A program made the position numbers and the translations under genes. DNA of 64,000 bases, from positions 248,001 to 312,000 of the forward strand of contig OX597842.1 in assembly GCA_951406725.2 (NCBI GenBank), written 5' to 3'. Shown piece by piece: positions 13,078-26,055 of this stretch; within the stretch, counting starts at the first letter, position 1; every line of letters begins with the position of its first letter. The DNA is from Octopus vulgaris. Taxonomy: Eukaryota. A model generated the notes under the pieces. It was not told where the DNA came from, did no database searches, and saw nothing but the letters and a program-made list of their open reading frames with translations.

Positions 13078-16000
13078 ATTTGGCTGCTATTTCTAGTAGC
13101 TCTTCCTACCTTGTAGGAGTGTCTCTCATTGGCTCAGATATACATACATACACATATAAGACAGTAAGATGTGATTTGAGGGAGATTTGGCTGCTATTTC
13201 TAATAGCTCTTCCTACCATGTAGGGGTGTCTCTCATTGGCTCAGATATACATACATACACATATAAGACAGTAAGATGTGATTTGAGGGAAACTTGGCTG
13301 CTATTTCTAATAGCTCTTCCTACCATGTAGGGGTGTCTCTCATTGGCTCAGATATACATACATATACATATAAGACAGTAAGATGTGATTTGAGGGAAAC
13401 TTGGCTGCTATTTCTAATAGCTCTTCCTACCATGTAGGGGTGTCTCTCATTGGCTCAGATATACATACATACACATATAAGACAGTAAGATGTGATTTGA
13501 GGGAGATTTGGCTGCTATTTCTAATAGCTCTTCCTACCATGTAGGGGTGTCTCTCATTGGCTCAGATATACATACATACACATATAAGACAGTAAGATGT
13601 GATTTGAGGGAAACTTGGCTGCTATTTCTAATAGCTCTTCCTACCATGTAGGGGTGTCTTTCATTGGCTCAGATATACATACATATACATATAAGACAGT
13701 AAGATGTGATTTGAGGGAGATTTGGCTGCTATTTCTAATAGCTCTTCCTACCATGTAGGGGTGTCTTTCATTGGCTCAGATATACATACATACACATATA
13801 AGACAGTAAGATGTGATTTGAGGGAGATTTGGCTGCTATTTCTAATAGCTCTTCCTACCATGTAGGGGTGTCTCTCATTGGCTCAGATATACATACATAC
13901 ACATATAAGACAGTAAGATGTGATTTGAGGGAAACTTGGCTGCTATTTCTAATAGCTCTTCCTACCATGTAGAGGTGTCTTTCATTGGCTCAGATATACA
14001 TACATATACATATAAGACAGTAAGATGTGATTTGAGGAGATTTGGCTGCTATTTCTAATAGCTCTTCCTACCATGTAGGGGTGTCTTTCATTGGCTCAGA
14101 TATACATACATATACATATAAGACAGTAAGATGTGATTTGAGGGAGATTTGGCTGCTATTTCTAATAGCTCTTCCTACCATGTAGGGGTGTCTTTCATTG
14201 GCTCAGATATACATACATACACATATAAGACAGTAAGATGTGATTTGAGGGAGATTTGGCTGCTATTTCTAATAGCTCTTCCTACCATGTAGGGGTGTCT
14301 TTCATTGGCTCAGATATACATACATACACATATAAGACAGTAAGATGTGATTTGAGGGAGACTTGGCTGCTATTTCTAATAGCTCTTCCTACCATGTAGG
14401 GGTGTCTTTCATTGGCTCAGATATACATACATACACATATAAGACAGTAAGATGTGATTTGAGGGAGATTTGGCTGCTATTTCTAATAGCTCTTCCTACC
14501 ATGTAGGGGTGTCTCTCATTGGCTCAGATATACATACATACACATATAAGACAGTAAGATGTGATTTGAGGGAAACTTGGCTGCTATTTCTAATAGCTCT
14601 TCCTACCATGTAGGGGTGTCTCTCATTGGCTCAGATATACATACATACACATATAAGACAGTAAGATGTGATTTGAGGGAAACTTGGCTGCTATTTCTAA
14701 TAGCTCTTCCTACCATGTAGGGGTGTCTTTCATTGGCTCAGATATACATACATACACATATAAGACAGTAAGATGTGATTTGAGGGAAACTTGGCTGCTA
14801 TTTCTAGTAGCTCTTCCTACCATGTAGGGGTGTCTTTCATTGGCTCAGATATACATACATACACATATAAGACAGTAAGATGTGATTTGAGGGAAACTTG
14901 GCTGCTATTTCTAATAGCTCTTCCTACCATGTAGGGGTGTCTCTCATTGGCTCAGATATACATACATATACATATAAGACAGTAAGATGTGATTTGAGGG
15001 AAACTTGGCTGCTATTTCTAGTATCTCTTCCTACCATGTAGGGGTGTCTTTCATTGGCTCAGATATACATACATATACATATAAGACAGTAAGATGTGAT
15101 TTGAGGGAAACTTGGCTGCTATTTCTAATAGCTCTTCCTACCATGTAGGGGTGTCTCTCATTGGCTCAGATATACATACATATACATATAAGACAGTAAG
15201 ATGTGATTTGAGGGAAACTTGGCTGCTATTTCTAATAGCTCTTCCTACCATGTAGGGGTGTCTTTCATTGGCTCAGATATACATACATATACATATAAGA
15301 CAGTAAGATGTGATTTGAGGGAGATTTGGCTGCTATTTCTAATAGCTCTTCCTACCATGTAGGGGTGTCTCTCATTGGCTCAGATATACATACATACACA
15401 TATAAGACAGTAAGATGTGATTTGTGGGAAACTTGGCTGCTATTTCTAATAGCTCTTCCTACCATGTAGAGGTGTCTTTCATTGGCTCAGATATACATAC
15501 ATATACATATAAGACAGTAAGATGTGATTTGAGGGAAACTTGGCTGCTATTTCTAATAGCTCTTCCTACCATGTAGGGGTGTCTCTCATTGGCTCAGATA
15601 TACATACATACACATATAAGACAGTAAGATGTGATTTGAGGGAAACTTGGCTGCTATTTCTAATAGCTCTTCCTACCATGTAGGGGTGTCTCTCATTGGC
15701 TCAGATATACATACACATATAAGACAGTAAGATGTGATTTGAGGGAAACTTGGCTGCTATTTCTAATAGCTCTTCCTACCATGTAGGGGTGTCTCTCATT
15801 GGCTCAGATATACATACATACACATATAAGACAGTAAGATGTGATTTGAGGGAAACTTGGCTGCTATTTCTAGTATCTCTTCCTACCATGTAGGGGTGTC
15901 TCTCATTGGCTCAGATATACATACATACACATATAAGACAGTAAGATGTGATTTGAGGGAGATTTGGCTGCTATTTCTAATAGCTCTTCCTACCATGTAG

Positions 16001-16305
16001 GGGTGTCTCTCATTGGCTCAGATATACATACATATACATATAAGACAGTAAGATGTGATTTGAGGGAGATTTGGCTGCTATTTCTACTAGGTCTAGTTAC
16101 CATATAGTGACCTCCCTCACTGGTTCGTACATACATATATACACATAAGAGAGTAGGGTGTGATTTGAGGAAGAATGAGCTACAATTTCTACAGGGTCTA
16201 ACAACCATGCAGAGGTCTCCTGCATTGGTGCATACATACATAAGAAAGTAAGCAGTGATTTGAGGGAGATTTGGCTGCTATTTCTCCCAAGTCTAGCTAC
16301 CTTAT
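13078..16305. repeat. 107-bp minisatellite, about 28 near-identical copies plus about 2 diverged terminal copies
   Basis: Unit TACATACATACACATATAAGACAGTAAGATGTGATTTGAGGGA(GAT/AAC)TTGGCTGCTATTTCTAATAGCTCTTCCTACCATGTAGGGGTGTCT(C/T)TCATTGGCTCAGATA; starts at 13141 and 13248. Confidence 0.97.
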
Positions 16306-16319
16306 AGAATTGGTATTTA

Positions 16320-16568
16320 TATTGTATGTGTATATATGTATATATATATATATATATAATTGTGTGTGTGTGTGTGTATATATATAAATATATATATATA
16401 TATGAATGTATGTAATGTACAGGTGTATATGTGTGTGTGTGTGTATATATGACATGTATATAATACATGTAATATATATATATATATACATATATACATA
16501 CACATGCATACATATATATATATATAGTATAGTATATGTGTGTATATATATACATATATATATACACA

Positions 16569-16605
<37 letters not shown>

Positions 16606-16699
16606 ATATGTATTTGTGTATATATATATATATATTATATATATGTGTGCATATATACATAATGTATATATGTATTGTAAGTGTTTATATATATAATGA

Positions 16700-16747
<48 letters not shown>

Positions 16748-16781
16748 TATGCATGTATATATATTGTATATGTGTCTGCAT

Positions 16782-16824
<43 letters not shown>

Positions 16825-16878
16825 CACATACATATTTATTGTATATACTGTGTGTATGTATATTGTATGTGTAATGCA

Positions 16879-16911
<33 letters not shown>

Positions 16912-17068
16912 TGTATGTATGTCTGTGTGTGCACCTGTGTGTATGTGTGTGTATTTGTTAGTGTGTAGATACAGTATCATGCGTATATATCTGCGTATAC
17001 TGTATACCTGCAAGGTGTATGCAGGTGTATAAAGTATCATATGCGTATGTGTGTGTGTGTGTGTGTGT
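16320..17068. repeat. (TA)n/(TG)n compound microsatellite
   Basis: direct reading. Confidence 0.95.
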
Positions 17069-17184
17069 TAGCAATTAGTAAATGCTACCTGCTGTGTGTC
17101 TGTGTAACGAGAAAGTGTGTGCAGGTAAGCAAGGGCTACCCACAGGCGAATGTACTTACCTGACTTTGAATATTGATCTGTTGA

Positions 17185-17632
17185 TGGTGGTGTTGGTGGT
17201 GGTATTGGTAGTGGTGGTGGTGGTGGTGGTGGTGGTGGTGGTGGTGGTGGTGGTGGTGGTGGTGGTGGTGGTGGTATTGGTGGTGGTGGTATTGGTGGTG
17301 GTGGTGGTGGTGGTGGTGGTGGTGGTGGTGGTGGTGGTGGTGGTGTGGGTGGTGGTGGTGTGGTGGTGGTGGTGGTATTGGTGGTGGTGGTGGTGGTGGT
17401 GGTATTGGTGGTGGTGGTGGTGGTATTGGTGGTGGTGGTGGTGGTGGTGGTGGTGGTATTGGTGGTGGTGGTGGTGGTATTGGTGGTGGTGGTGGTGGTA
17501 TTGGTGGTGGTGGTGGTGGTATTGGTGGTGGTGGTGGTGGTGGTGGTATTGGTGGTGGTGGTGGTGGTGGTGGTATTGGTAGTGGTGGTGGTGGTGGTGG
17601 TATTGGTGGTGGTGGTGGTGGTGGTGGTGGAG
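17185..17632. repeat. (GGT)n tract punctuated by ATT
   Basis: direct reading. Confidence 0.97.
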
Positions 17633-17659
17633 GTGCACAATATTCAGGCAGAAATATAG

Positions 17660-18366
<707 letters not shown>

Positions 18367-18719
18367 TATGCTTAGTATGGGGACATTGTTACCTTACTCT
18401 TTCAGTTTCCCCTTTCGCTGTTAAGACTTATGGCATAGCCCCAGAAAATTCATAATTCAGATGAACAGGTGTTGAGCACTTTTCATTAGAAATATCTCTC
18501 TAAAACTAATTATTATATATCCTGTGGAGAATATCTATGTCACCTTAACACACACACACACATGCATATATGTGTGTGTGTGTGTGTATATATATATGTT
18601 TATATATATATATATATATATAGTATATATTGTATACGCACACATATATATGTATACACACAATATATATTGTATACATACATACACTTTACTGCATTAG
18701 TGAGCAATGGTGATGTGTA

Positions 18720-18752
<33 letters not shown>

Positions 18753-18965
18753 GTCTGTCCCTCTGACTGTCTCTCTCTCTCTATCAATCTATCTAGCTAC
18801 TTGTGTGTGTGTGTGTATACATATATATACATATATACATATATATATATATTGATAGGAAATGTGTATGTGTATATATATGTATAAATAGATATATACA
18901 CACACACACACACACATATATATATATTGATAGATAGGAAAATAGATACATAGATAGACAAATGG

Positions 18966-19015
<50 letters not shown>

Positions 19016-19244
19016 TTAGATTGATAGATACTCATAATATGAAAGCTGAACAGCCTCTGGCTGTTCAAGACTGTACACATGATGAAGCCAGAGGCCAAAC
19101 TCAAAAGTACAAGGTCAGAAATAAACATAACATGGTTCCGGGTTCAATCCCACTGCGTGGCACCTTGGGCAAGTGTCTTCTACTATAGCCTTAAGCCAAC
19201 CAAAGCCTTGTGAGTGGATTTGGCAGGCGGAAACTGAAAGAAGC

Positions 19245-19289
<45 letters not shown>

Positions 19290-19394
19290 CCGGAGTAAAC
19301 ACATAAATATGAAACAAGGTAGAAAAAAAGAGTACTCAAATACCAGTGCTAGAGTAATATGCTTTATTTAAAGCAGCAGAAAATTCAACAAAAT

Positions 19395-19432
19395 CTGTTA
19401 CTCTGAGTTTCACGTTGCCGTTCATCAGACAG
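19395..19432 (-). ncRNA. Minimal type-I hammerhead ribozyme with intact core (Penelope-like)
   Basis: Minus strand: CTGT-CTGATGA-ACG GCAA CGT-GAAAC-TCAGA-GTA^ACAG; stem I CTGT/ACAG, stem II ACG/CGT with GCAA tetraloop, GUA cleavage triplet. Confidence 0.8.
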
Positions 19433-19478
19433 TTTTCGTTAGAATGGAACTGATATATCAGTTCCATTCTAACAAAAA

Positions 19479-19516
19479 CTGTCTGATGAACGGCAACGAG
19501 AAACTCAGAGTAACAG
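19479..19516 (+). ncRNA. Inverted second copy of the hammerhead motif, with one stem II mismatch
   Basis: CTGT-CTGATGA-ACGGCAACGA-GAAAC-TCAGA-GTA-ACAG. Confidence 0.7.
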
Positions 19517-19548
19517 ATTTTGTTGAATTTTCTGCTGCTTTAAATAAA

Positions 19549-19608
<60 letters not shown>

Positions 19609-19681
19609 GTATATATATATGTATATATATATATGTATATATATATGTATATATATATATATGTATATATATATGTATATA

Positions 19682-19788
<107 letters not shown>

Positions 19789-19795
19789 GTATATA

Positions 19796-19850
<55 letters not shown>

Positions 19851-20455
19851 GTATATATATATATATATATGAATATATATATGTATATATATATATAGAG
19901 ATATATATATGTATATGTGTGTGTGTTAGTTTCCCCCCTCCCAACATCACTTGACAACCGATGCTGGTGTGTTTATGTACCCGTCACCTAGCGGTTCGGC
20001 AAAAGAGACCGATAGAATAAGTACTATGCTTACAAAGAATAAGTCCCGGGGTCGAGTTGCTCGACTAAAGGCGGTGCACCAGCATGGCCACAGTCAAATG
20101 ACTGAAACAAGTACAAGAGTACAAGAGTATAACGATCTACTCTACCCACAGGACTGAGTTCTATATCAGACAATGTGTGTGTGTGTGAGTTGGTTGTGTG
20201 GTAAGAAGCTTGCTTCCCAACCATGTGGTTCTGGGTTCAGTCCCACACTGGCACCTTGGGTAAGAGTCTTCTATTATAGCCTTGAGCCAATCAAAACTTT
20301 GTGAGTGGATCTAATAAACAGAAACTGAATGAAGCCCATTGTGTGTGTGTATATATATATATATAGGGAGAGTTTACGAAAAAAACAAAAGACGAAGACA
20401 GGTGGTGTACAAAACAAGCAGATGTATTAGTATAACGCTCAGGAACAGAAAAAGT

Positions 20456-20491
20456 CTTTTACGTTTCGAGCCTACGCTCTTCTACAGAAAG
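20456..20491 (-). ncRNA. Variant minimal hammerhead-like motif (core CUGUAGA instead of CUGANGA)
   Basis: Minus strand: CTTT-CTGTAGA-A-GAGC GTAG GCTC-GAAAC-GTA-AAAG; lies in an element inserted in (TA)n. Confidence 0.4.
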
Positions 20492-20499
20492 GGACACCG

Positions 20500-20708
20500 A
20501 AAGAAACAAGGAGAGAAAAAAGGAGAGAGAAAAAGGAGAGAAAAAAATAGAGAGAAAAGGAGAGAAAGAAAGGAAAGAAAAAAAGGAGAGAAAAAAGGAG
20601 AGGAAAAAGGGAGAGAAAAAAAGGAGAGAAAGAAAGGAGAGAAAAAAAGGAGAGAAGAAAAGGAGAGAAAAAAGGAGAGAGAAAAAAGGAGAGGAAAAAA
20701 GGAGAGAA

Positions 20709-20710
<2 letters not shown>
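20500..20710. repeat. Purine-rich (GGAGAGAAAAAA)n degenerate repeat
   Basis: direct reading. Confidence 0.9.
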
Positions 20711-20740
<30 letters not shown>

Positions 20741-20742
<2 letters not shown>

Positions 20743-21072
20743 TGTATTCACTTCAATAGACGTCATTGATTGGTTGAAATTGCCGAAATGCAAGAAATTT
20801 AACAACAAATATCTTACAAACTACAGAATTTTCTCAAGAAAGCCAAGAGAAAAAGATGTTTTATGTAACACACTCTACCAGTATAGGAAGTTTAAAAGTG
20901 TTTAGTTACAAAGAAATTATTTTTTGAATCTGCCAGTCAAAGTGAAAAGATTCACATCTTTTTCTCTTGGCTTTCTTGAGAAAATTCTGTAGTTTATAAG
21001 CTATTTGTTGTTAAATTTCTTGCATTTCGGCAATTTCAACCTATCAATGGCGTCTATTGAGGTGAATACAAT
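20741..21072. mobile_element. Fold-back/MITE-like element with ~120-bp inverted arms
   Basis: ATTGTATTCACTTCAATAGACG...GCCAAGAGAAAAAGATGT is the reverse complement of ACATCTTTTTCTCTTGGC...CGTCTATTGAGGTGAATACAAT; related sequence at ~21480-21630. Confidence 0.75.
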
Positions 21073-21427
21073 TTCTGCGGTTGTTTGTCAACAACAATTT
21101 CTTGGGGTCTACCTTTATTTCCTTGTCTCTACATTCTTCATAATTGTTCTTTCTTCCCCAATTTTCTCTTCTTCTCTCCCTTCCATTCTTGGTGCCACCC
21201 CTTAAATTTGGTTAGCCAAGATGTTTTTTCTTTCAATCAGCTGTCTACCTTATCATTTCATTTTTGATTCTTATTTTCCCCATACCCTAGTACCTCTGGA
21301 ATGCATGCACCAAGATTTTTCCTTCTTTTTGTTTATTTTTTGTCATGGAATATCTTATATTTGCAATTTGTATTTTTACTGCTTACGTTTGCTTAACTTG
21401 TATATCTCCGAAATAAAAAGCATATTT

Positions 21428-21869
21428 GGATCTTTTCGGTTTGACCGACAGTTTTTAACATAATTTCTAGGTAACTAAAAACACTTTTAAACTTCGTATA
21501 CTGGTAGAATGTGTTTATAAAACATATTTTTCTCTTGGCTTTCTTGAGAAAATTCTATAGTTTGTAAGATATTTGTTGTTTTTCTTCTTCAATTTCTGTA
21601 ATTTCAACCAATCAATGACGTCTTTTGAGATAAAAAACATTCTGTGCCGTATGAATATGTTCCTCATTGAAGAAACAGATTGGGTTTATTTACATTTCTG
21701 AAGGAAAAAACAATACCCTTCCCCCTAACCCTAACCCTGACCAACCCTAACTAACGCCCGACCCTAAAACAGATTGAAATGCAATAGATTGATACTAGGG
21801 TCATAATTATGGGTGACAATTTCATATGACACTGCTAGGAAAAAACTGCCATTCAAACCAAAAAGATCC
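21428..21869. mobile_element. MITE with ~28-bp TIRs and probable 8-bp TSD; carries (CCCTAA)-like repeats
   Basis: gcatattt|GGATCTTTTCGGTTTGA...TCAAACCAAAAAGATCC|tcatattt; CCCTAACCCTAACCCTGA at ~21723. Confidence 0.75.
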
Positions 21870-21893
21870 TCATATTTTAACGTACAAAATATA

Positions 21894-22173
21894 GGTACTA
21901 TTTAAGAAGAGTGGTCCCGGTACACGCATCCGCGCTATCTAGTCATGACTAGTCAATCCTAAAACGACTACCTAGCAAAGTAAATGAAACACAAAATAAA
22001 TAAGTTTTTAGGTGCAGGAGTGGCTGTCTGGTAAGTAGCTTGCTTACCAACCACATGGTTCCGAGTTCAGTCCCACTGCGCGGAATCTTGGGCAAGTGTC
22101 TTCTACTATAGCCTCGGGCCAACCAAAGCCTTGTGAGTGGATTTGGTAGACGGAAGCTGAAAGAAGCTCATCA

Positions 22174-22228
<55 letters not shown>

Positions 22229-22555
22229 GTGTGTGTTTGTCCCCTAGCATTGCTTGACGACTGATGCTGGTGTGTTTACGTCCCCGTCACTTAGCGGTTC
22301 GGCAAAAAGCGACCGATAGAATAAGTACTGGGCTTACAAAGAATAAGTCCCGGGGTCGATTTGCTCGACTAAAGGCGGTGCTCCAGCATGGCCGCAGTCA
22401 AATGACTGAGACAAGCAAAAGAAAAAAAAATTACAAAAATACAAAGTAAATAAAACACAAAAAGACAAAGTAAGGATCGACTAGTTATGACTATCTAGTG
22501 CGGATGCGAGAGTATGCGAGTGCGCGCACCGGGACCACTCTTCTTAAATAGTGCC
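21894..22555. mobile_element. MITE with long TIRs and a 9-bp imperfect TSD (Mutator- or Merlin-like), containing a SINE-1 insertion
   Basis: caaaatata|GGTACTATTTAAGAAGAGTGGTCCCGGT...ACCGGGACCACTCTTCTTAAATAGTGCC|caaaataca; a relative starts at ~25768. Confidence 0.8.
22010..22430 (+). mobile_element. Full-length SINE family 1 (tRNA-like head, internal (TA)n, A-rich tail)
   Basis: GGAGTGGCTGTCTGGTAAG (A box-like) ... GAGTTCAGTCCC (B box-like); many copies in the window. Confidence 0.88.
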
Positions 22556-22775
22556 CAAAATACACTTCACATTGTTACTCGTTTAACATAAATAAAAAAA
22601 ACATAGAAATATGCATCACGCTACTTCAAACTGTTTTCGAACTTTAAGGTTTTTAAATGAAATATTATTCAAATTTGGTATTTGATAACGATTTATCTGA
22701 TAACGAGCAAGCTTTAAAATAATAATCAAAAACAATTAAGTTCTGCATTCGTTTATTGTTTTAACTCAATATTAA

Positions 22776-23535
22776 TCATCATCATCATCATCGTTTAACG
22801 TCCGTTTTCCATGCTAGCATGGGTTGGACGGTTCGACCAGGGTCTGGGAAGCCAGGAGGCTGCACCAGGCTCCAGTCTTATCTGGCAGTGTTTCTACAGC
22901 TGGATGCCCTTCCTAACGCCAACCACTCCGTGAGTGTAGTGGGTGCTTTTTACGTGCCACCTGCACAGGTGCCAGGGTAAGCTGGCAATGGCCACGATTG
23001 GCTGGTGCTTTTTACATGCCACCAGCACGGAAGCCAGTCAAGCTGGCGCTGGCATCAACCACGTACTGATGGTGCTTTTTATGTGCCAGGGGAGGCTGGT
23101 AATGGCCACGATTGGTTGGTGGTTTTTATGTTCCACCGATGCGGAAGTCAGTCAAGGCGGCGCTGGCATCGGCCACATACAGATGGTGCTTTTTATGTGC
23201 CACCAGCACAGAAGCCAGTCAAGGCGGCGCTGGCATCTGCTATGTACGGATGGTGCATTTTACATGCCACCGGCACAGGTATTGCAACTACAATTCCCAT
23301 TTGATTTTTGATACTGATCTACTTGACTCAATAGGTCTCCTCAAGCACAGCAGGTCACCCTACGATCCAAGGTAAGCACAGCAGGCCATCCTGCGATCCA
23401 AGGCACTTTGGAAGGGCTGGGGCTTCTATGTGAAGCTGGTGCAGGAAACAACCATGAACTCACATTATTTGTCGGGTCTTCGCAGTCACAGCATATCTCC
23501 AGAGGTCTCGGTCTTCTGTTATTGCCTCTGTGAGA
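22776..23535 (-). mobile_element. Non-LTR retroelement 3' end or SINE with (GAT)n tail and internal subrepeats; a copy of the same family lies on + in every 1.49-kb unit
   Basis: CATCATCATCGTTTAACGTCCGTTTTCCATGC...GGGAAGCCAGGAGGCTGCACCAGGCTCCAGTC is the reverse complement of ~32660-32972 and the equivalents in later units. Confidence 0.75.
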
Positions 23536-23789
23536 ATCCGGAAATTTTTCGTCACACACCTGAGACCTCTTCAGTGACTGTTGACTTCTGACTCCATTTC
23601 TTTGCTTTCCAAATATGAAATTGTTAATCTCTTTGCAGTTTTAGACGATTTTTCTTTATTTTCAGCTGGGTGTACTATGTTGAATCCACAAGAAGCAAAA
23701 GTGAGGAAAATTCCTGTTTTCTTCATTACTTCATCATATCAAAAGAATTCAGGAGCATCGGATTGTGGAGGTACGACTCAATGAACAAA

Positions 23790-24284
23790 TCTTTATATAT
23801 AAAAGTAAGGTTGTGTGTCTGTCTCCTACGATTTAGATTCCTAACTACCCCTACATTTTGCGGTGCAGTTTAACCAAAACCGGGTATCTTATAGTCGTGA
23901 TTCATATTGAGCCCTTCTGGGTATTAGCGCGTGTCTATGATGAGTCTACGATTTAAAAAAAAATTTACCATCATTTTTTTCCATTTTAATGCATTTTTTC
24001 GCTATTATATAAGGGAGGTAACTCTCTAAAAATATCTACGATGAGTCAACGATTTAAAAAAAATTTACCATCGTTTTTTCCATATTAATGCATTTTTTCG
24101 CTATTATATAAGGGAAGTAACTCTCTAAAAATGTCTACGATGAGTCAACGATTTAAAAAAAATTACCATCATTTTTTCCCCATTTTTAATGCATTTTTTT
24201 GCTATTTTTTGGCTATAACTCTCTAAAAATGCTTATATAGTTATTTCCCTTACAAACCCAAGCAACGCCAGGCAATACTGCTAG
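23790..24284 (+). mobile_element. Non-autonomous Helitron-like element, copy 2
   Basis: a|TCTTTATATATAAAAG...CCCAAGCAACGCCAGG-CAATACTG-CTAG|t. Confidence 0.78.
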
Positions 24285-24657
24285 TTATTGATTAAGCTCT
24301 TCCAGTAAATCGCAATGTGCCACCGAAATATTGCAAGTGTGTTTTTCTTTTCAGCTCCTTCAGTTTTGTTCCATTTGATTTCAAATTTAGTGTATCAATG
24401 TAGTTTTGTCTGTTAATTATATAAATGAAATTAGTTCTTGTCATGAATTGATAAACAGACAGTCAATAGCTATAAAATTTTTTCAATTCTCAGTTATTTT
24501 AGCCAAAAGATGTAGCAGAATTTTGAAAAGACACTGTTAAACTAATGACAATGATGATGATATATAAAAAATATGGATATAAATTATGCCAATGCAGTCA
24601 GTGAAAGTTTTCTAACAGGGCTGCTGAACAGAATTATTTATAATTATATATTTTTCA

Positions 24658-24821
24658 TGGTGCAGGAGTGGCTGTGTGGTAAGTAGCTTGTTTACCGACC
24701 ACATCGTTCCGGGTTCAGTACCACTGCATGGCACCTTGGGCAAGTGTCTTCTACTATAGACTCGGACCGGCCAAAGCCTTGTGAGTGGATTTGGTAAACA
24801 GAAACTGAAAGAAGCCTGTCG

Positions 24822-24874
<53 letters not shown>

Positions 24875-25075
24875 GTATGTGTATGTGTTTGTGTGTCTGT
24901 GTTTGTCCCCCTAGCATTGCTTGAAAACCGTTACTTAGCGGTTCGGCAAAGGAGACCGATAGAATAAGTCCTTTGCTTACAAAAGAATAAGACCCGGGGT
25001 CGAGTTGCTCAATTAAAGGCGGTGCTCCAGCATGGCCGCAGTCAAATGACTGAAACAAGTAAAAGAGAGTAAAGT
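24658..25075 (+). mobile_element. SINE family 1, near full length
   Basis: collinear with 22010-22430. Confidence 0.88.
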
Positions 25076-25586
25076 CATACCTATTTCAGGTGTTACACTC
25101 TAAATCAAAACTAGGCAGTGCCCCGGCAGCATGAGCTGAAACTAGATGAAATGAAAAATGAATACACAGAAAGATAATATAACGATTTTTACTGAGGAAA
25201 ATTTTTGGAAATAAATCTTTGTGGAATGGTTCCAAAAGTAAAAAGGTTATGAGTGGTTATATGGGGTACTTAAACAAGAATTCCACCAAAAATCAAATTT
25301 TCAAACTAATTTTTATTAATAGCATAAATATTTTTATGGGGATAAAAATATTCAAAAACAATACATGTTAGAACCAACGGTTAAACTAAAGCGTTTGACC
25401 CGGTCATAAAAAAAAAAAAATAGTGTAGTCCCAGCATGGCCACAATCTAATGACAGAAACAAGTAAAAGATAAAAGAACACACACACACACATGCATTAT
25501 TACTGAAAGGCTCCAAATACATATTAAGAACACACACACACACATGCATTATTACTGAAAGGCACAAATACATAAAAATAGAACAG

Positions 25587-25622
<36 letters not shown>

Positions 25623-25767
25623 TCACACACAGAGACAAGATCTTGACTATTCTGTTATTACATATTTAGGCTGTGGAATATAAACATACCAAAATTCGGG
25701 CAGCAATGTTCCATTTGAAACTTGATAATCAGGGAAATGGAGCCTTTAGTTTAACCAAAAAGTCTTG

Positions 25768-26055
25768 GGTACTACTAGCGAACAGTGGTCCCGGTGCGCA
25801 CATCTGCACTAGCTAGTCGTAAGTAGTCGATCCTACAACGACTTCCGCTTGTGTTTGTATCTCAAGGCTGAATACATATCAAAGAAAATTAAATAATATT
25901 TTTTGAACAAAGTAAATAAAACGGAAAGTAAATAATTTTGTAAACTAAGTAAATAAATTATCTTTATAAACCAACTAAGGTTAGGGTTAAAAAGTTGTTG
26001 TAGGATTGACTACTGACCACTAGATGGCGCGGATGCATGCGTGCGCACCCAGAAC
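25768..26055. mobile_element. Degenerate MITE related to 21894-22555
   Basis: GGGTACTACTAGCGAACAGTGGTCCCGGTGCGCAC...GATCCTACAACGAC versus GTTGTTGTAGGATTGACTAC...GTGCGCACC inverted ends. Confidence 0.65.

Noticed and set aside
13078-16305. CRISPR-like appearance of the 107-bp and 1.49-kb arrays
   Set aside because: Eukaryotic context, no unique spacers, no cas genes; these are plain tandem repeats
22010-22085. tRNA gene at SINE heads
   Set aside because: A/B-box-like motifs only; no cloverleaf, and they run straight into SINE bodies
25670-25768. 99-nt open exon candidate (AVEYKHTKIRAAMFHLKLDNQGNGAFSLTKKSW)
   Set aside because: Weak acceptor, and the apparent donor GGTACTA is the TIR start of the adjacent MITE
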